64,000 nucleotides of DNA. It comes from Eledone cirrhosa. Lineage: Eukaryota. Of this stretch, positions 62,959-64,000 are shown in pieces. The stretch's first letter is position 1. Every line of letters starts with the position of its first letter. Location: NCBI GenBank assembly GCA_964016885.1, contig OZ024741.1:391716001-391780000 (forward strand), in the 5' to 3' direction. The translations under genes were made by a program, and so were the position numbers. The notes under the pieces were generated by a model. It did not search any database. It worked only from the letters and a program-made list of their open reading frames with translations, and was not told the origin of the DNA.

Positions 62959-64000
62959 ATGACCTCACTCAGAATAGGCAGCATAAATGCGCGTGGCTTG
63001 GGGTCGTCATGGGAGCAGGGTCACCTGCTCAACGACCTCAGGTCACTAAACATAGATGTAGTGGCCATCAGCGAGACCAGAATCTCCGAAGCACGGGCCT
63101 TCGCACCGATCTTCGGCGGCTACGATGTGTACGCATCTCCCAGCCGTCCGGGATCGGGTGGAGGAGTTGCTGTGCTTTTTCGGAGAGGTTTGGATCTCGC
63201 CATACGGGCCATCTTCCTGGACCCAGAGGGTAAGCTGGTGGTGCTGGACGTGACCAGCGGAGACGGGCAAGCTTTCAGGCTAGTGGCCGTCTATGCCCCG
63301 ACAGGAGCAGGGCGGCCTGATTTCTTCCGGCGTCTGGAGACCTTTCTTGGAACGTCCCGCTCTTTAGTGTTAGTGGGCGACTGGAACGGGATCTTAGATG
63401 CACGCTGGGACTGTGTGGGATTAGCGGATAGGGGTGGAGGGTGCAAGAGCCTCACCAACCTGCTCAGGCGTTTTGAACTGTCTGACAGGTACCGATTGGA
63501 TTTCCCGAATGTGCCAATGTGGACTTGGACAAACCGCATAGGGTCATCCAGATCATATCTAGATAGAGTATTTTGTAGGGAAATAGATAGGTCTAGCATA
63601 GGCTGTCCACAATTCAAGATAGTCAGCTACACGGACCACAAATTCGTGATCTGTGTGCTTGACTTAGATAGGCTTCATAGACGAGGACCCGGCTACTGGA
63701 AGCTAAACGCGTCCTTACCAGCGCGCAAGGCCTACAGAGACCGGATTAGCGAACTAGTTAAGCGGGCGTTGACGGGTGCCATCGTCAACAACAAGTGGTG
63801 GTTTGCTCTGAAAAGAGCGATTAGAATAGAATCGATTAGGTTTAGTAAGGCTTTAGCAATAGAGAGAAATAGAGTAGAGGGAGAACTAGTTAGAAAATTA
63901 GACGAGGCGCTTATCAAAGGCATTGCGACCGACGTGCTTGCGGCGAAATTGGCCCTTGACCAATTCTTCAATGCAAAGCACGAAGGCTGCGTTGTCAGAG
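62959..64000 (+). CDS. ORF2 AP-endonuclease domain, open to the window end
   Basis: MTSLRIGSINARGL, AISET, GGVAVL, VYAP, GDWN, SYLDRV, YTDH, GYWKLN; no stop on manual translation. Confidence 0.92.
   Translation, partial: MTSLRIGSINARGLGSSWEQGHLLNDLRSLNIDVVAISETRISEARAFAPIFGGYDVYASPSRPGSGGGVAVLFRRGLDLAIRAIFLDPEGKLVVLDVTSGDGQAFRLVAVYAPTGAGRPDFFRRLETFLGTSRSLVLVGDWNGILDARWDCVGLADRGGGCKSLTNLLRRFELSDRYRLDFPNVPMWTWTNRIGSSRSYLDRVFCREIDRSSIGCPQFKIVSYTDHKFVICVLDLDRLHRRGPGYWKLNASLPARKAYRDRISELVKRALTGAIVNNKWWFALKRAIRIESIRFSKALAIERNRVEGELVRKLDEALIKGIATDVLAAKLALDQFFNAKHEGCVVR

Larger units (their letters stand above)
60612..64000 (+). mobile_element. Tx1/L1-clade LINE, 5' portion (5' UTR, ORF1, start of ORF2)
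   Basis: Starts directly after (ATT)n; two-ORF organisation. Confidence 0.9.

Overview
Eukaryotic, repeat-saturated DNA (intergenic or deep intronic). The SINE family and microsatellite load suggest an octopod cephalopod; this is inference and was not database-checked. I recognise no host protein-coding gene, rRNA, true tRNA or CRISPR array, and most long ORFs in the track are microsatellite artefacts. The window is a patchwork of: Tx1/L1-like LINEs (1-1269 minus, 60612-64000 plus, remnants at 42-44 kb); R4/Dong-like RLE LINEs embedded in (AAT)n and (ACAT)n; RTE, CRE, mariner and Helitron remnants; tRNA-derived SINEs; a 6.5-kb ~145-bp satellite with a 14-unit higher-order duplication; and many Penelope-like elements (PLEs, Neptune- and Naiad-type) mostly sitting in (TA)n. 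Main observations: (1) about 21 hand-folded type I hammerhead ribozyme motifs in PLE termini, many with recurring non-canonical cores (U3-A8 swap, U4C, 1-nt insertions) or long stem II inserts; (2) inverted PLE terminal copies repeatedly join the (TA)n target at an internal TATA microhomology, suggesting a twin-priming mechanism; (3) retroelement families appear to partition microsatellite targets; (4) several spacerless palindromes, one mirroring a Helitron-like head-to-tail junction. All folds and alignments were done by eye, and boundaries of degenerate elements are approximate.
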